64,000 bases of DNA from Chrysomallon squamiferum (GCA_012295275.1 CM022671.1:17298001-17362000), one strand, 5' to 3'; positions 1 to 12,900 are shown, numbered from the stretch's first letter. The notes: generated by a model not told the origin, from the letters alone. Made by a program: numbers and translations.

Positions 1-19
1 ACACTGTGACTTTTAAATA

Positions 20-475
20 AAATATTGAAATGTGAAAACTCTATTTATTAAGCATGTTGATTATATATCATCAAAATGTGAAGACTGTTAGACATGAAAT
101 GTCATTGAAACGTGAGAATAGTGTATCATTAAATTATCAATGAAAAGTGAATTACCGCCAATAGTAAAAAATCATTAAAATGTGAAAACGCTATGTTTTA
201 TTACCTCTGTAACGTTAGTCAATGTTTTTGATTGGAGACTATCATTGAAACGTGAATATTGTTTATTAAATAAAATTACTGAAACGCGAACATTGTGATT
301 ATTAAAGAAAACCAATAAAGCGTAAATCAGTGAGATTAATCAAAGAGACATGACTACTGAGATCTATTAAAAATGTCATTGAAACGTGAATATTGTGTTA
401 ATCAGGTAAAACCATTAAAAACGTGAATTTCGTGGTTTGTTAAACAATATGACAAAAACGTTAATATCGTTTGGG
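20..475. repeat. Degenerate ~35-bp minisatellite (core CATTGAAACGTGAATATTGT)
   Basis: Variants of cattgaaacgtgaa recur at about 24, 70, 103, 138, 173, 244, 278, 313, 377, 413 and 451, mostly ~35 nt apart. Confidence 0.7.
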
Positions 476-576
476 TTCATATGGAGAGGGTTTTTTTAAT
501 ATATTATTTTTTTGGGGGGGGGAAATGGGGATTTTTTGGGAGGTAGAGTTTTGTTTGTTTGTTTTTTCTTTAAAAA

Positions 577-621
<45 letters not shown>

Positions 622-1069
622 CATCTCCCACGGTAGACATATCTAGATAAATATAAACCTAAGTCCATATGTCTGTATAAATGTTAGTCTTTGAGTTTAG
701 TATGTCACTAACACTCAGTCAGATGGTTAGACTGTTTATCTCAGCCGACTGTTTTGTCATCGAGTCCGTCTTCTCGCTGTCCTGTAACTAATTTATCACA
801 CACTTCATGGTACGTACTGTCCTACCCTATGTAGGTGCACATAGAAGATTTGTTGTTGAAGGTCGTCAAGAATTTTGTTGTGTTTGTTTATTATAATTTT
901 TTTATATTTTTCCTGAACAGAGAACAAAAGACAAAAATCGCTATTCCAGATAACAAAACATTATATAAATAAATACATGATAAATAGGTATAATTTTATC
1001 GATTACATTTTCTTTACATACACTTTTACTTGAGTGTTTAACGTTTCTAGAATTAGCTCTAGCTTAATG

Positions 1070-1073
<4 letters not shown>

Positions 1074-1123
<50 letters not shown>

Positions 1124-1493
1124 TAGAGAGAGAGAGAGAGAGATAATACATATACATATACAACACAAATATACACATATACATACATATATATGTGTGT
1201 GTGTGTGTGTGTCTGTGTCTCTGTATCTGTGTGTGTGACTGTGTGTGTTTATTCGTGCGTGTTATAATTTTTATATATGTTCCCACAGTCTACTGTTCAA
1301 TATATCTTAAATTTACTTTTGATTTTTTTTAAAAAGCACACCTATAAATAGCTCTAAAAAGGCGTAGTGAAAATGTACTGTCTTTTAATGATTTTCATTG
1401 AAATGAAGATTCCAGAGACATCGGTAATTATCAGTTAATAGAGTGTTATTAAAAATAAGTACAGGTATCACTAAATATGTAGAAATACACTTG

Positions 1494-1556
<63 letters not shown>

Positions 1557-1631
1557 CATATATATATATAAAAACAAAACACACATATATATATATATGT
1601 ATGAATGTATGTCTGTATGTATGTATGTGGG

Positions 1632-1662
<31 letters not shown>

Positions 1663-1796
1663 GTGTATGTATGTATGTATATAATAAACACACACACACG
1701 CACACACATAAACACACATATATATATATATATACTGGAACTCGACCAATGTACAAACACACACACACACATATATAAATATATATACAAAACAAA

Positions 1797-1843
<47 letters not shown>

Positions 1844-1845
1844 TC
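1074..1845. repeat. Compound microsatellite cluster: (TG)n, (AG)n, (TC)n, (TA)n, (CA)n
   Basis: Directly visible dinucleotide runs; these generate the spurious ORFs at 1003-1874. Confidence 0.9.
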
Positions 1846-1896
1846 ATATAAGGACAAGTATATACTTTTAGCAATATTATACGGAATATTTATTAC

Positions 1897-2294
1897 GTGA
1901 ATTGTCTGTTCATTTAATAATAAATAATATTACTGGAACTCGACTAACGTACACAATTACGAAACGATCACGACAGTACGTATTTACATTTTAACAACGA
2001 CAAGACGTTACCCACCTGTGAATTGTCTGTTCATTTAATAATAAATAATATTACTGGAACTCGACCAACGTACAGAATTACGAAACGATCACGACAGTAC
2101 GTATTTACATTTTAACAACGACAAGACGTTACCCACCTGTGAATTGTCTGTTCATTTAATAATAAATAATATTACTGGAACTCGACTATCGTACACAATT
2201 AATATTACTGGAACTCGACCAACGTACAGAATTACGAAACGATCACGACAGTACGTATTTACATTTTAACAACGACAAGACGTTACCCACCTGT
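1897..2294 (-). repeat. ~121-bp tandem repeat (about 3 copies plus an internal ~33-bp partial duplication) at the start of GPCR intron 1
   Basis: Near-identical units. The marker cccacctgt occurs at 2011, 2132 and 2286. A further partial copy (actggaactcgacc) is near 1734. Confidence 0.95.
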
Positions 2295-2540
2295 TAAACT
2301 CATGGGGTGTGCAACCACTGTCACATACAGGTCCGAGCAGGCGAGGTTCACAATGAAAATAGTCTCAATTATGTGTAACTCCTTGCTGGTCGCCACAGCC
2401 ACCAGAATCAGAACGTTTCCAAAGGTGCCGAAGATCGAAGCGAAGCAGAGTATGATGATGATGGGGACGGCCAACTCGGGGTATCCGTTCACGAATTCAT
2501 GACGTCCCACTTCAGGATTGTCTCTAAAAAACGTCGACAT
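2291..2540 (-). CDS. Class A (rhodopsin-like) GPCR, melatonin-receptor/moody-like; first coding exon (N-terminus, TM1, TM2); gene continues off the left edge
   Basis: ATG at 2540. Peptide MSTFF...IIIILCFASIFGTFGNVLILVAVATSKELHIIETIFIVNLACSDLYVTVVAHPMSLT shows the TM1 GNxxV and TM2 NLAxxD(L)...P motifs. The 250-nt exon ends at a phase-1 donor ACAG|GTGGGT. Subfamily assignment is from recalled similarity only. Confidence 0.9.
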
Positions 2541-3113
2541 TATTTTGTTGACGTCTGCATGTAGATGACGGAAATAATGTTGTTAATCAGTTCAAGAGCA
2601 GATGTCAGAGACACAGGCGTTTAGGTAAAAAAAATAAAAATAAAAAAAATATATAGATGATAATAAAGCCAGGATTATCATTGATGAAAGTCAGATAAAA
2701 TATCTCCACTAGTGTTTATAATAGTTGGCTCATCAACAATTAATGAATTCGTGTTGTTGGCTACATTTATTTCGCCGAGTAATCAATCCGGTCATGTAGC
2801 ATGATTATTACAGAAACAACGTTTTTAACCGGGGCTAACTGGCTTTCGTGGTATGTTTTCGTCGATTCATTCTCTTTCACGCGAACGTTCGTCTCTTGCC
2901 GACCTGCAAAACAGCGAAATAATTATTAAGAGAAACACAGAAATCACTCCCACTTTTCGGCGTGTTATCGAACATGACTGCAGGATATTAAAGTTTTTGT
3001 TGCATGTCAATCCAATCAGAGTTGAACTGATCTATGTTATGTATCTCTAACAATCAGTCCACATCGGTGCCTCTTCTAATGGGATTCCTGTTATTTCAGA
3101 TCGACAGAAAAAG

Positions 3114-3146
<33 letters not shown>

Positions 3147-4512
3147 AAATATTCCGGCAGGTTTATTCTAAACAGCAAACAGATGTATCTGATGTAACAA
3201 ACAGCGCGGCTGGTAACAATGGTTAAAAAGCTCGAGGCATTTTTGCCTTGGCGGTTAGAAAGAGTTAGAGTGTGTGTCACGGATTACGAGAATAAATTCA
3301 ATAATTATAATCTTATAGCGTTAACAGAATGGTTATGCGGAGGAGTTTACAACGGAATGGAGAAATCTTTCTCATCTACATACGAAGTCACGGTAAATCC
3401 AGAGGTGTGTCGGTGATGCGTAGAAACTGATGAAATTTGCTGGTAAAAAAAAAAAAATAAAATAAAAAGTAAAATAAAAATCGACCACAAACTCTGATTC
3501 GTTATTTAAGACAGAATTTAAAAATAAAAAAAATTAACAGGATAACTGATAAAAACAATGAATGAAAACAAAAAGCAGTTCATATAACAACATCTCAGGT
3601 TTTAACTGGAAACTTTTGTCGGAAGATTTGTCGTAGAGGAAAAATCAATAATCAATAAAGTTTCTTGTCTGTAGTGAGGTACTTTTCTTATATTGAGATG
3701 TGTACGTTTCAAATGATTTGTAGTTTTACACTGAGAAAGCTGGTGTTTCGGTTATTCTCAGCATTATTATTATCTTTACTATTATCCTAATTTATTTATT
3801 ATATTTATTAATTTATTTATTTTTTACTTTCTTATATTTTTATTTTTTGTATAACATGTAATATCAAGATAAATACTTGAACATGCCAGTGATTGATATA
3901 CATGTCAAATTTATCTAATCCATTTTGACTGCGTGCACGGAAGTAGCTTGGCTTCTTGACTTAACATTGCAATGATTCAAAATAAAACGAGATTAAAAAC
4001 GAAACCGTTACCTACAGCATATTAACGCCAGTGACACAGAATTATCTTATTAACGACTCAGTTACACGTTCAGAACTGTTAACAGCTAGTTTATACAATT
4101 AAAACAGTTTACAGTTCGAAAGAAAAGAAAGAGAAAAACTGATTTTTGTCTAGGACACATTTTTGTCAAATAGGCAACTTAATTCTTCGCCAACGAAATG
4201 ATTCAGTATTTATCAGACAAGAACGCAGACACGCACACGACAAAAATATTCAATAAAAGCGAGTTTAATTCATGCCCAGAGGGAGCGACTGCTATTTCAG
4301 AAAGTCTCAACAAATTCTTCAGGGTAAGAAATAAAAATAAAAAATAAAAAAATTTGCAGGAAATCTCGTCTGCTTCAATGGAGCTGTGCAGAGACCAGCA
4401 GAAGTCCACTAGCGCGCGCTCTGCTGACCTGGGCGTCAGCTCTTTGCTGTGTGAAACGGAATTATCACTTGATACAGATAACACGCTTTTCCTTTAGAAG
4501 TAAGGAAATATA

Positions 4513-4546
<34 letters not shown>

Positions 4547-4790
4547 TTGAAACATGTCCAAAAGCAGGTTAGATTCATTCGTTATCAGATGCACACGAGG
4601 AGCATGGAAAAGCATAAAGTTCATGACTCTCCGCGATATGGTTTTTTCTGCAATGTTTTTCCTTTTTTTTCCTTTTTTTTTTTTTTGCCTTTAGAAGCCT
4701 TGACAGTTTTATTTCATAAATTTTTACGAGTCATTAGAGCTTGGTATATAACAAAACATAAAAAAAGAAAGGCAGTGACTAAGTAAACAA

Positions 4791-5130
4791 ATGTATGAAT
4801 GCATAGTTAACAATAACTCAACATTTGTTTAGTACTTACGGTTACTGAGTGCTAAACATATTATTATTTTTTTTTTTTTTTTTTTTTTTTTTTTGTTTTT
4901 GTATGTTATGGTGTCAGAGAGGAAACCCGCTGTCTTTAATCTGCAGGATACTATTTTCAGTTAGCACAAGGTCTTATTTAAAAAAAAAAAAATGTGTACG
5001 CATTTCCCCTTCGACATGAAAGACCCTACCGCAATCTTTGACAAAAAAAAAAAAATATATATATATATAAAAAGAAATTATCGTGTTTTACTGGCTGAAA
5101 AGAAAAACAGTCCAAACGTGCAGTGAGATA
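4791..5130 (-). mobile_element. Degenerate tRNA-derived SINE remnant with MetaSINE-like central domain
   Basis: agagaggaaacccgctg...ttagcacaagg (4916 onward) is the reverse complement of the Meta-domain-like motif GCTAA...CAGCGGGTTTCCTCTC that I recall from mollusc SINEs. A similar copy is at 25378. Confidence 0.6.
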
Positions 5131-5677
5131 ATTTTGGATGGGCGGGTTAGAAAAACGAGTTTTGCATAAAGCTATTTCTGATTTCCTATAGCAAAACATA
5201 ATAAAAATGTAAAAAATATATGTATGAAAAAATCAGTTAATTAAGTAACAAAATAGGTAGACTGTAGGGATAGCATGAAGGTACACAGAGGTTAACCAAA
5301 GTTTTAACAATGAAAATCTCTGATGAGATGACAAATTTAGAAAGATAATGCACTACAGTGCTGATCCATATATATCAATTTAAGTTTTGTCAGGCATCTT
5401 ATAATGGTGGAATATAGCTTCTCAAATAACGGATATTTGTAATCAAATATTATCTATTATTTTAATCTGTTGGAAACTATTAATCCTGAAAGTAAAAAAT
5501 GATTCTCTGATCTGTATAAAAGTCACGAAAGATTCCGGAAAATAGTCGTATACGATATCATGTAAAATAGAATGAAAATTCCAATAATAAAATGAGAGAT
5601 AAAGAAAAATCGACTACAGCAACGGATTCACCAGTTCATTTTTCAATGTTCTGTATCTTAATGACTCTGAAAATATG

Positions 5678-5708
<31 letters not shown>

Positions 5709-8084
5709 GACCACAGAATTATCAGACTGACATGCCAAGTCCTAAACAGTTGCAGGTTAAAAGTGAGCGAGGCAAATTATTACCTTTTATTCATGTCATC
5801 GATCCTTAGGTTATTACTGGAAGACAACAGAAACGAGCAAAAAAAGCTTACCCAGCTTCTTAAACACACAGCTGATTTGAAACTCAAATTTCCAGATAAC
5901 GAACAATGGTAGTATCTGCAGCTTATCCCTAGACCGAAAAAAAAAAAAAAAAAAACGTAAAAGAAGAAAATAACTCATTAAAAGTGGTAATATTATCTTT
6001 TAACAATATCTTCCCATCAAAAAGAAAAATCGTAACGGGATAAATAATGTCAATCAATTCATACTGAATACAGAAGAAAAGTCAACTTTGACGTTTGGTC
6101 CTTAAAGATGTTATTTAAAATGTTCTTTTCAAGACGACTAATTCTGTTTAATCGCAAAGGTTCAAAGACGGTATTAAAATTTACAAATAAATTGAAGACG
6201 ATTTGATCAAATGGAAATCCATTAGAGTGGATATTAATTATTATCTTCAGCAGATTGTTGAAAGACGACGATGTGTCGTACACAGACACAAGATAATAGT
6301 CGACGTGCTCTCGTCAAAGAACTCCGCTTTGAAATGTAATCCGAGGATAATTTTTTATGACTAAGATTAAATGATTTAATAAATCTTCATTTGTTGTTCT
6401 TGTTGTTGTTAAGGATCTAATTTTAATTTCACTTTCATCTTGGAAATATAGATAAATGTTTTAACTTCCTCTTCCAAAAATGTACTTATATCTATATACA
6501 CATTATATAGAATTAGAAAGACAGACAGACAGACATGCAAACAGAGATACAGACAGTAAGACAGGGAGAGAATAGAGAAAGAAGGAAAGAGAGTGCAAAC
6601 AAAATAGGAAAAAGTTTTGATAAAACAAAAAATATATTATATAGCAAAAGAATAAATTCCTGTTTCCGCTCATTCCAAGTTTTATATTTTGGGCACTTTA
6701 ACTGAATAAACCTGTATTTGGCTTCCAGTAAAATGTGCAAACATTTATTTTGTTTGTCTGTGTGTGTGTGTGTTTGTGTGTGCGTTTGTGCGTACAAAGT
6801 AAGTTTCAGAGAACTATAATTCACTTTTTTCGCTGATATAACAGTACAGAAACGCGTGCACTGAACTTTCAACCTTTCAGTAATTTTAGACCAGACTTAC
6901 GAAAATTTCACATACACCTCATTACCCTAATTTGAATTTTTGAAATATGTAACATGTAAGTTGATAGTTTTCGGCCATTAGCTGTAGTTAATCATAAGTC
7001 TTGGTACATCGAGGTAAGTACAAAAAAAAAAAAAAAAAAAAAAAAAAACCATTAAATGTATCATTGTTTTTATAATACGTCATTTCATAGATAACATACA
7101 TCAGTGTATTTAACTAAATTAATCAGTATTTTGTCTGGATTTCAGAAAGAAAAGTCTCGTCAATTTTGTTTTTTTGTTGTTTTTTCTAATAAAGACAAGT
7201 TAATTTAATTTTAGAGTAAAAAGGTGAGTAATAAAAAAATTAGTCGTGGCGTTCTGGATGTATAAGTCAGTGTTTCCTTACTAATGTAAGCTGTAATCGT
7301 ATTTACTGTTAGAATGAATGTGTCTGACGTCAAATGACTGCCCTTCACATAAAACTGTCACCTAGAGTATACACTTTATACAGCCAGACACTGCAAAACA
7401 AAGTGTAGGTTGTACGTTATTTGAACGACACGTTAAAACATTTACCAAATCATTACAGAAGAAATGGTATTTTATAACAACATTATGACGGAGGAAATCT
7501 GCTTCTGATAAACAGCGTGAAAATAAAGTTATGAACTTACTACTAAACCAAAACACCTTTTTATTTTTTTTTTATTTTTTTTTTTTTTTTTTTGTCGCCT
7601 CATTTTTGAAATATCAAAAAATATGTTAAATAAATTACGGTGAAGATTACAAGAAATCTTTGAATACTCAGCTTATCGAAGACGATTTCAGCGGATTAAC
7701 AGAAACACATCTGTACAGTCTATACTTATTATTTGAAAAAAAAAAAATATATAATTTCTACAAAGCAAACATAGAAAACTGATATAAACTGTATTGAATT
7801 CGACAAGACGTATTTTGTCTCTGAAAAGTAAAGCTATTTTAATCGGAGTCTGAATGGGAGTCCTCTCACTCAGAGTCGACTGATGAAAGTTATACTACAC
7901 CTGATTCATAACTCTGCAGCAGCCTGGAGGTGCGTATCAGCTCACGTACTGACAGAAACCTTTCTTGTAAGTTTGATACGATAGAACGTTTTCTTGAAAG
8001 ACAGGAATAACATTTCAACGTTTTCATCGTAGCCATAAAATTGTGGGAAATAGTAAAACATCCACACATACATAGGCCTACATA

Positions 8085-8502
8085 TAGATACATACATACG
8101 TAAAAACACACACATACATGCATACATACATCCATACATCCATACATACACACATATATATGTGTGTGTGTGTGTGTGTGTATGTACACAGAGATATATG
8201 TACAACATACATATAGACACACACATATGCTATATAGATATATACATACATATAGACAAATAGATAGATAGACAGACAGACAGACATATAGATAGATAGA
8301 GAGATAGCTAGATAGATAGATAGATTGATAGATAGATAGATAGATAGATAGATAGACAGATAGATAGATAGATAGATAGATAGATACAACATACATATAG
8401 ACACACATATATGCATATATACATATATACATACATATAGAAAAATAGATAGATTGACAGACAGACAGACTTATAGATAGAAAGAGAGATAGCTAGATAG
8501 AC

Positions 8503-8565
<63 letters not shown>

Positions 8566-8642
8566 CAGACATAGATGCACGCACTCATACGCACACATAT
8601 ACATATATAACCAAACGCAGATGCAAACACATACATACATAC
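8085..8642. repeat. Compound microsatellite (CATA)n/(TG)n/(GATA)n/(GACA)n with internal higher-order duplication
   Basis: Visible tetranucleotide runs. The block ending gagatagctagatag plus (GATA)n occurs twice (about 8300 and 8486). Confidence 0.9.
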
Positions 8643-8971
8643 CCAGCACACTCAGAGACATTCTTGCACCACACAGACAGATGCTATTTAAACTTACTTA
8701 GTTTTCAGTCTGCAGAAATCATAAAAACTTCCTTCGGCAGAGACCAGAATATCGAGGAGAGTAATTTCAGAAACGTGATCTCTGATGCAAAAACAGTGAC
8801 GCAACGACAAAAGATTCTGATGCAACCACATGCAGTAATGGAAAAGGTTGTTACATTAAAAACAGATTGAATTTTTTTTGTTATTGTATAGTTTATTAGT
8901 ATATCGAGTTACAGCCCGAAATCATACACGACACAACATTTAATAAGCCACACCGTTCTGCATCTGTTGCT

Positions 8972-9575
8972 CATATCAATGTTTGGAATATGAGTTTAAT
9001 GAAATAATTCTGTCAACATTTAATCATACGCAAAATGCTAAATTTGTTATTTATGTCAATGTTTAGAATATGAGTTTATTTAGATAATTTGTATCAAGTT
9101 TAATCATACACAAAATGCTAAATTTGTTATTTATATCAATGAATAGAATATGAGTTTATTTAGATAATTTGTATCAAGTTTAATCATACACACAAAATGC
9201 TAAATTTGTTATTTGTGCTAGATCAGGGTTTAGAATATGAGTTTATTTAGATAATTAGTGACATATTTAATCATACACAAGAAGTTAAATGTGTTACTTA
9301 TATCAGTGTTTAGAATATGAATTTATTGAAATAATTGTGTCAAAAGTTAAATCAAACTCAAGATGTTAAATTTGTTATTTCTGTTAGATCAGTGTTTACA
9401 ATTTCATTTTATTTAAATAATTAGTAACACATTTAATTCTTACACAAAAATCTTAAATTTGGTTATTTGTATTTGGTTACTGTCTAGAATATTTCGATAT
9501 TCTAAACACAGAACTGATACAAATCACAAATTTAACATCCTGTGTTGGATTTAATCATTTAATAATTAGTCAACT
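8972..9575. repeat. ~77-82-bp minisatellite (about 6.5 copies) ending in an inverted partial unit
   Basis: Unit tatcaatgtttagaatatgagtttatttagataatttgtatcaagtttaatcatacacaaaatgctaaatttgttatt repeats from 8972 to 9492. Positions 9497-9552 are a reverse-complement partial unit. Confidence 0.9.
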
Positions 9576-9954
9576 TTGTCCAGATCTCTTTCTAAAAGAA
9601 ATTAAGGGTTAGTACAAGCAGGTTAATAACCGCGAGTCAGTTAATCTCAACATTAACAATGAAACGGAAGCGAGTCTCGGACCGTTCACAGTGATAAGAA
9701 AGGACCGAACAAGGAAGACATCTTGAAGACTTCTGTTCTGTTTATTAATACTTGAAATGTCTCCTCGTTTGTCAGATGACCTTCATTTGAGGTGGTGCGG
9801 GAAATGGAGAGTGACAAGTGGTGCTACAGAGTTTAATGAAATTACGAGAAAGGAAGTTAACAGTTTTCCTCAAATGAGCTGTTTTAACGTAAGGCTCAAG
9901 AACCGGTTCCGAAAATCGATGGAAAATTAAAACATTGTTTTTTGCGTTGAAATA

Positions 9955-9992
<38 letters not shown>

Positions 9993-12900
9993 TTGTTGTT
10001 GTTTTTTTAATTTGTAGAGTAGGATAAATTAAAGTATTGAAGATTTGTTGTTTGCTGCTGTTGTTACTGGCTTTTTTGGTGGGGTAGAATGTCTTTTTAT
10101 GTCATTGTTGGTTTTATTTTTTATTTATATATATATATATATATATATTTTGTTTGTTTTGTTGTTGTTGTTGTTGGGGTTTGTTTTCGGTTTTGTGGCA
10201 AAAACTGGAAGATTACATCATAGCTAATACCTCTGACATTTTCTAATAAGAAAACAAGTGTATAATATAATCGCATAAGATTAAAATGCTTAGAAGATGA
10301 ATTTCCTACCATTCTTGTAATACACTGACATTAACAGTGTTCTGCACCCGTGAATCGCAACACTACATGTTTATAAATGCAAGTACATAATTTATTGTTT
10401 CTCTATAATATTTGACCTAGGAACTGTAAACCATAAAAGTTAGTTGAAAAAAGGCGCCAAAAACAACAACAAAAAGATTTAAGAATCAAATCAGCCCTAC
10501 CCACGCATTTTGCACTTTCTGTGAACGTAAGTACTGATCAGTTTCTCTTTTAATTGATTACCCAATTTCAGTATTTGAATTTCTGCCTTTTCACTTCATC
10601 ATTTAACTTGCTGCATGTCAACGGTTTACAGAATGAGCCCAATTTATCAGCTCACGAGCAGAACCTTAGCGTTTAGACTGTCGTCCATTCCGAAGTGTAC
10701 TTTATTTCAAATTCCTTATTTTTCTTTTACAACTTTAATTGATAACAATCTATTTTAAGAGAAGGTGACGAAATAATACAAAAAAAGAAGATAGACGAAA
10801 AAGAAGCAATATAAAAGAAAAAAAAAGAAAAAAACCCAAAATCCATTGACAAATTAAATTCAAGGAAAATCCGATTCATCTTTATTACCGTTTTTCTTAA
10901 ACACCGAAACAAAATAAATCTGAAAAGTTTTCCATTAATGCATCCCTAAACACAAACACACACAAAAAAAAAAAAAAAAAAAAATGCGACTAACATGGAA
11001 AAAGAAGCCGTAACTGACAATCGGCTGATGAATGAAATTGTGTTTAACTTTTATTCATTGGCTCCAACTTCGAGTTAAAATTAATTGATCTGTTCCACGG
11101 TTATTTGCTTTATCTCCGTCCATTAACGATGTTTGTCAAAGAAGCTGTGCATTTTGTTAGACGGAAGCCACCACTGATTTGAAAAACACTGCTACCAGGA
11201 ACAGAATTCGATGTTTTTACGCGATATTACAAACACTTGGATTAATCCCAAATGTGTACGCATTTTTCGACAAATTCTGATCGCTTGCTCTAACGGATCG
11301 TAGCTTCGTGTTTCCATGTAATCGAAAGCAACGTAAATTCTCGTTAACTGTCAGCTGACCGAGATTTTCTTTTTCATTTATCACGTTAAAACGTCATATT
11401 GTATTCTGCTTGGCGTCATAATTTGGGATAAATGCTATCACAGTTATTTATTATTTATGTTTATTTATTTATTTATTTATTTAACTGTAATTTATTATGT
11501 AAATATAAATGTTAAGAGAAGTAAATATTTAACAGATTTAAATTATTTGACCATTCTGTAAGTGCAAACAAGCAGTTAATGTTACTAGGGTTTTCTTTTG
11601 GAGGGTTAAGTGCTCGAACTTTTGACTCTCTGAAACAAATCTTTAAAAAAGTAATCTCTCGCTATGAGTAGATGTTATATTTGCTGAATCGCACATTATG
11701 TTTTTGTTTGTGTAACTGAAATCCTAAAACATTAAATTAAAAAAAAATTAAAAAAAAAAAACGAAAAAAAAAAAGAAAAGAAAATTTAGAAGAAGGTTAA
11801 AAACTAAGAAAGGACATTTATGTATTGTTCAATATAGTTTGTGTTACATTCGAATTTAAATTTTGAAACTAACCGAGTATTGAGCAGTTTGTTACAATTT
11901 GTTTATTAAAATATTTATTTTACCAACTTGTCCAAGAAAATGGAAGAAAATAACCCATTTTCCTATTTAGTACAAAAGCAAAAACAAAAAAAACAAAAAA
12001 AAACAAGCGTCTTTCATTCAAATTATTGTTGTTATTATCTCGGTCGTTATTATCGTTGTCGTCGTCATCATCATTATTTATTTATTTGTTTGTTTGTTTG
12101 TTTGTTTCACAGTGTTCAGAAACTTGTCTAACAATACTGAAGACTACACGACTGATTGTGTATTCATGATAAAGATAAGTGGGGATTAGCATCATGTCAG
12201 ACATAATCCCGTGTCATTACATGCAATATATAGCACAATAATCGATCACTGTGATCTTTGATTATATAATCATTTTACAGTCTGAAATAATAACCACCTC
12301 ATAATACAATCAGATATCATATTCATTACCAGTTATATAGGATAGTAGAAGAAGGAGAAAATGAAGAAGAAGAAGAAGATGATGAACCAGCTGATAATAA
12401 CATTCATTGACAAACCTTAACTGTACATATCACTACACGTCATGGCTTCTAGACCTAACTACCACACCGGCAAAACTAGTTCATATACATTCATAGAACA
12501 AACATTTATATGAAGCAAAAAAAAAAAAAAAAAAAAAGTAAAAATAAATAAAAAGTGAAAAAGATCGAAAAAAAGAAGAAAAAGAAAACAAGAAAAGAAA
12601 AAGAAAAAGAAAAAACTATCGTGTTGCTTGACAAAATGCCAGCCAGACATGGGAAAACATACAATACCACAGAGTTTTAAAAATAATTTATAATAATCAT
12701 TTACGTAGTCGGCTCCTGTTACTACGATCTGACAATCACACTGCTAAATTTACAACTGGTGCCGCTCTTCCCCCGAGAAGCTATTTTTACTCCACCTCTA
12801 ATAGACTCGCCACACATCAGCAGCTGAAAGAAAAACACGATGTGGTGAATTATTCTTCTCTTACAAAAACGTAAACCGCGTGTGACAAACGTTGTGGGCG

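Noticed and set aside
1003-1874. Multiple ORFs with HT, CV, ER and IY dipeptide repeats
   Set aside because: Translations of dinucleotide microsatellites with no coding signal.
7890-8661. Long ORFs (up to 180 aa) with IYLS repeats
   Set aside because: Translation of (GATA)n/(CATA)n repeats.
20-9575. Regularly spaced repeats (35-bp, 121-bp and ~79-bp arrays) as possible CRISPR arrays
   Set aside because: Whole units repeat with no unique spacers, there are no cas genes, and the context is spliceosomal and eukaryotic.
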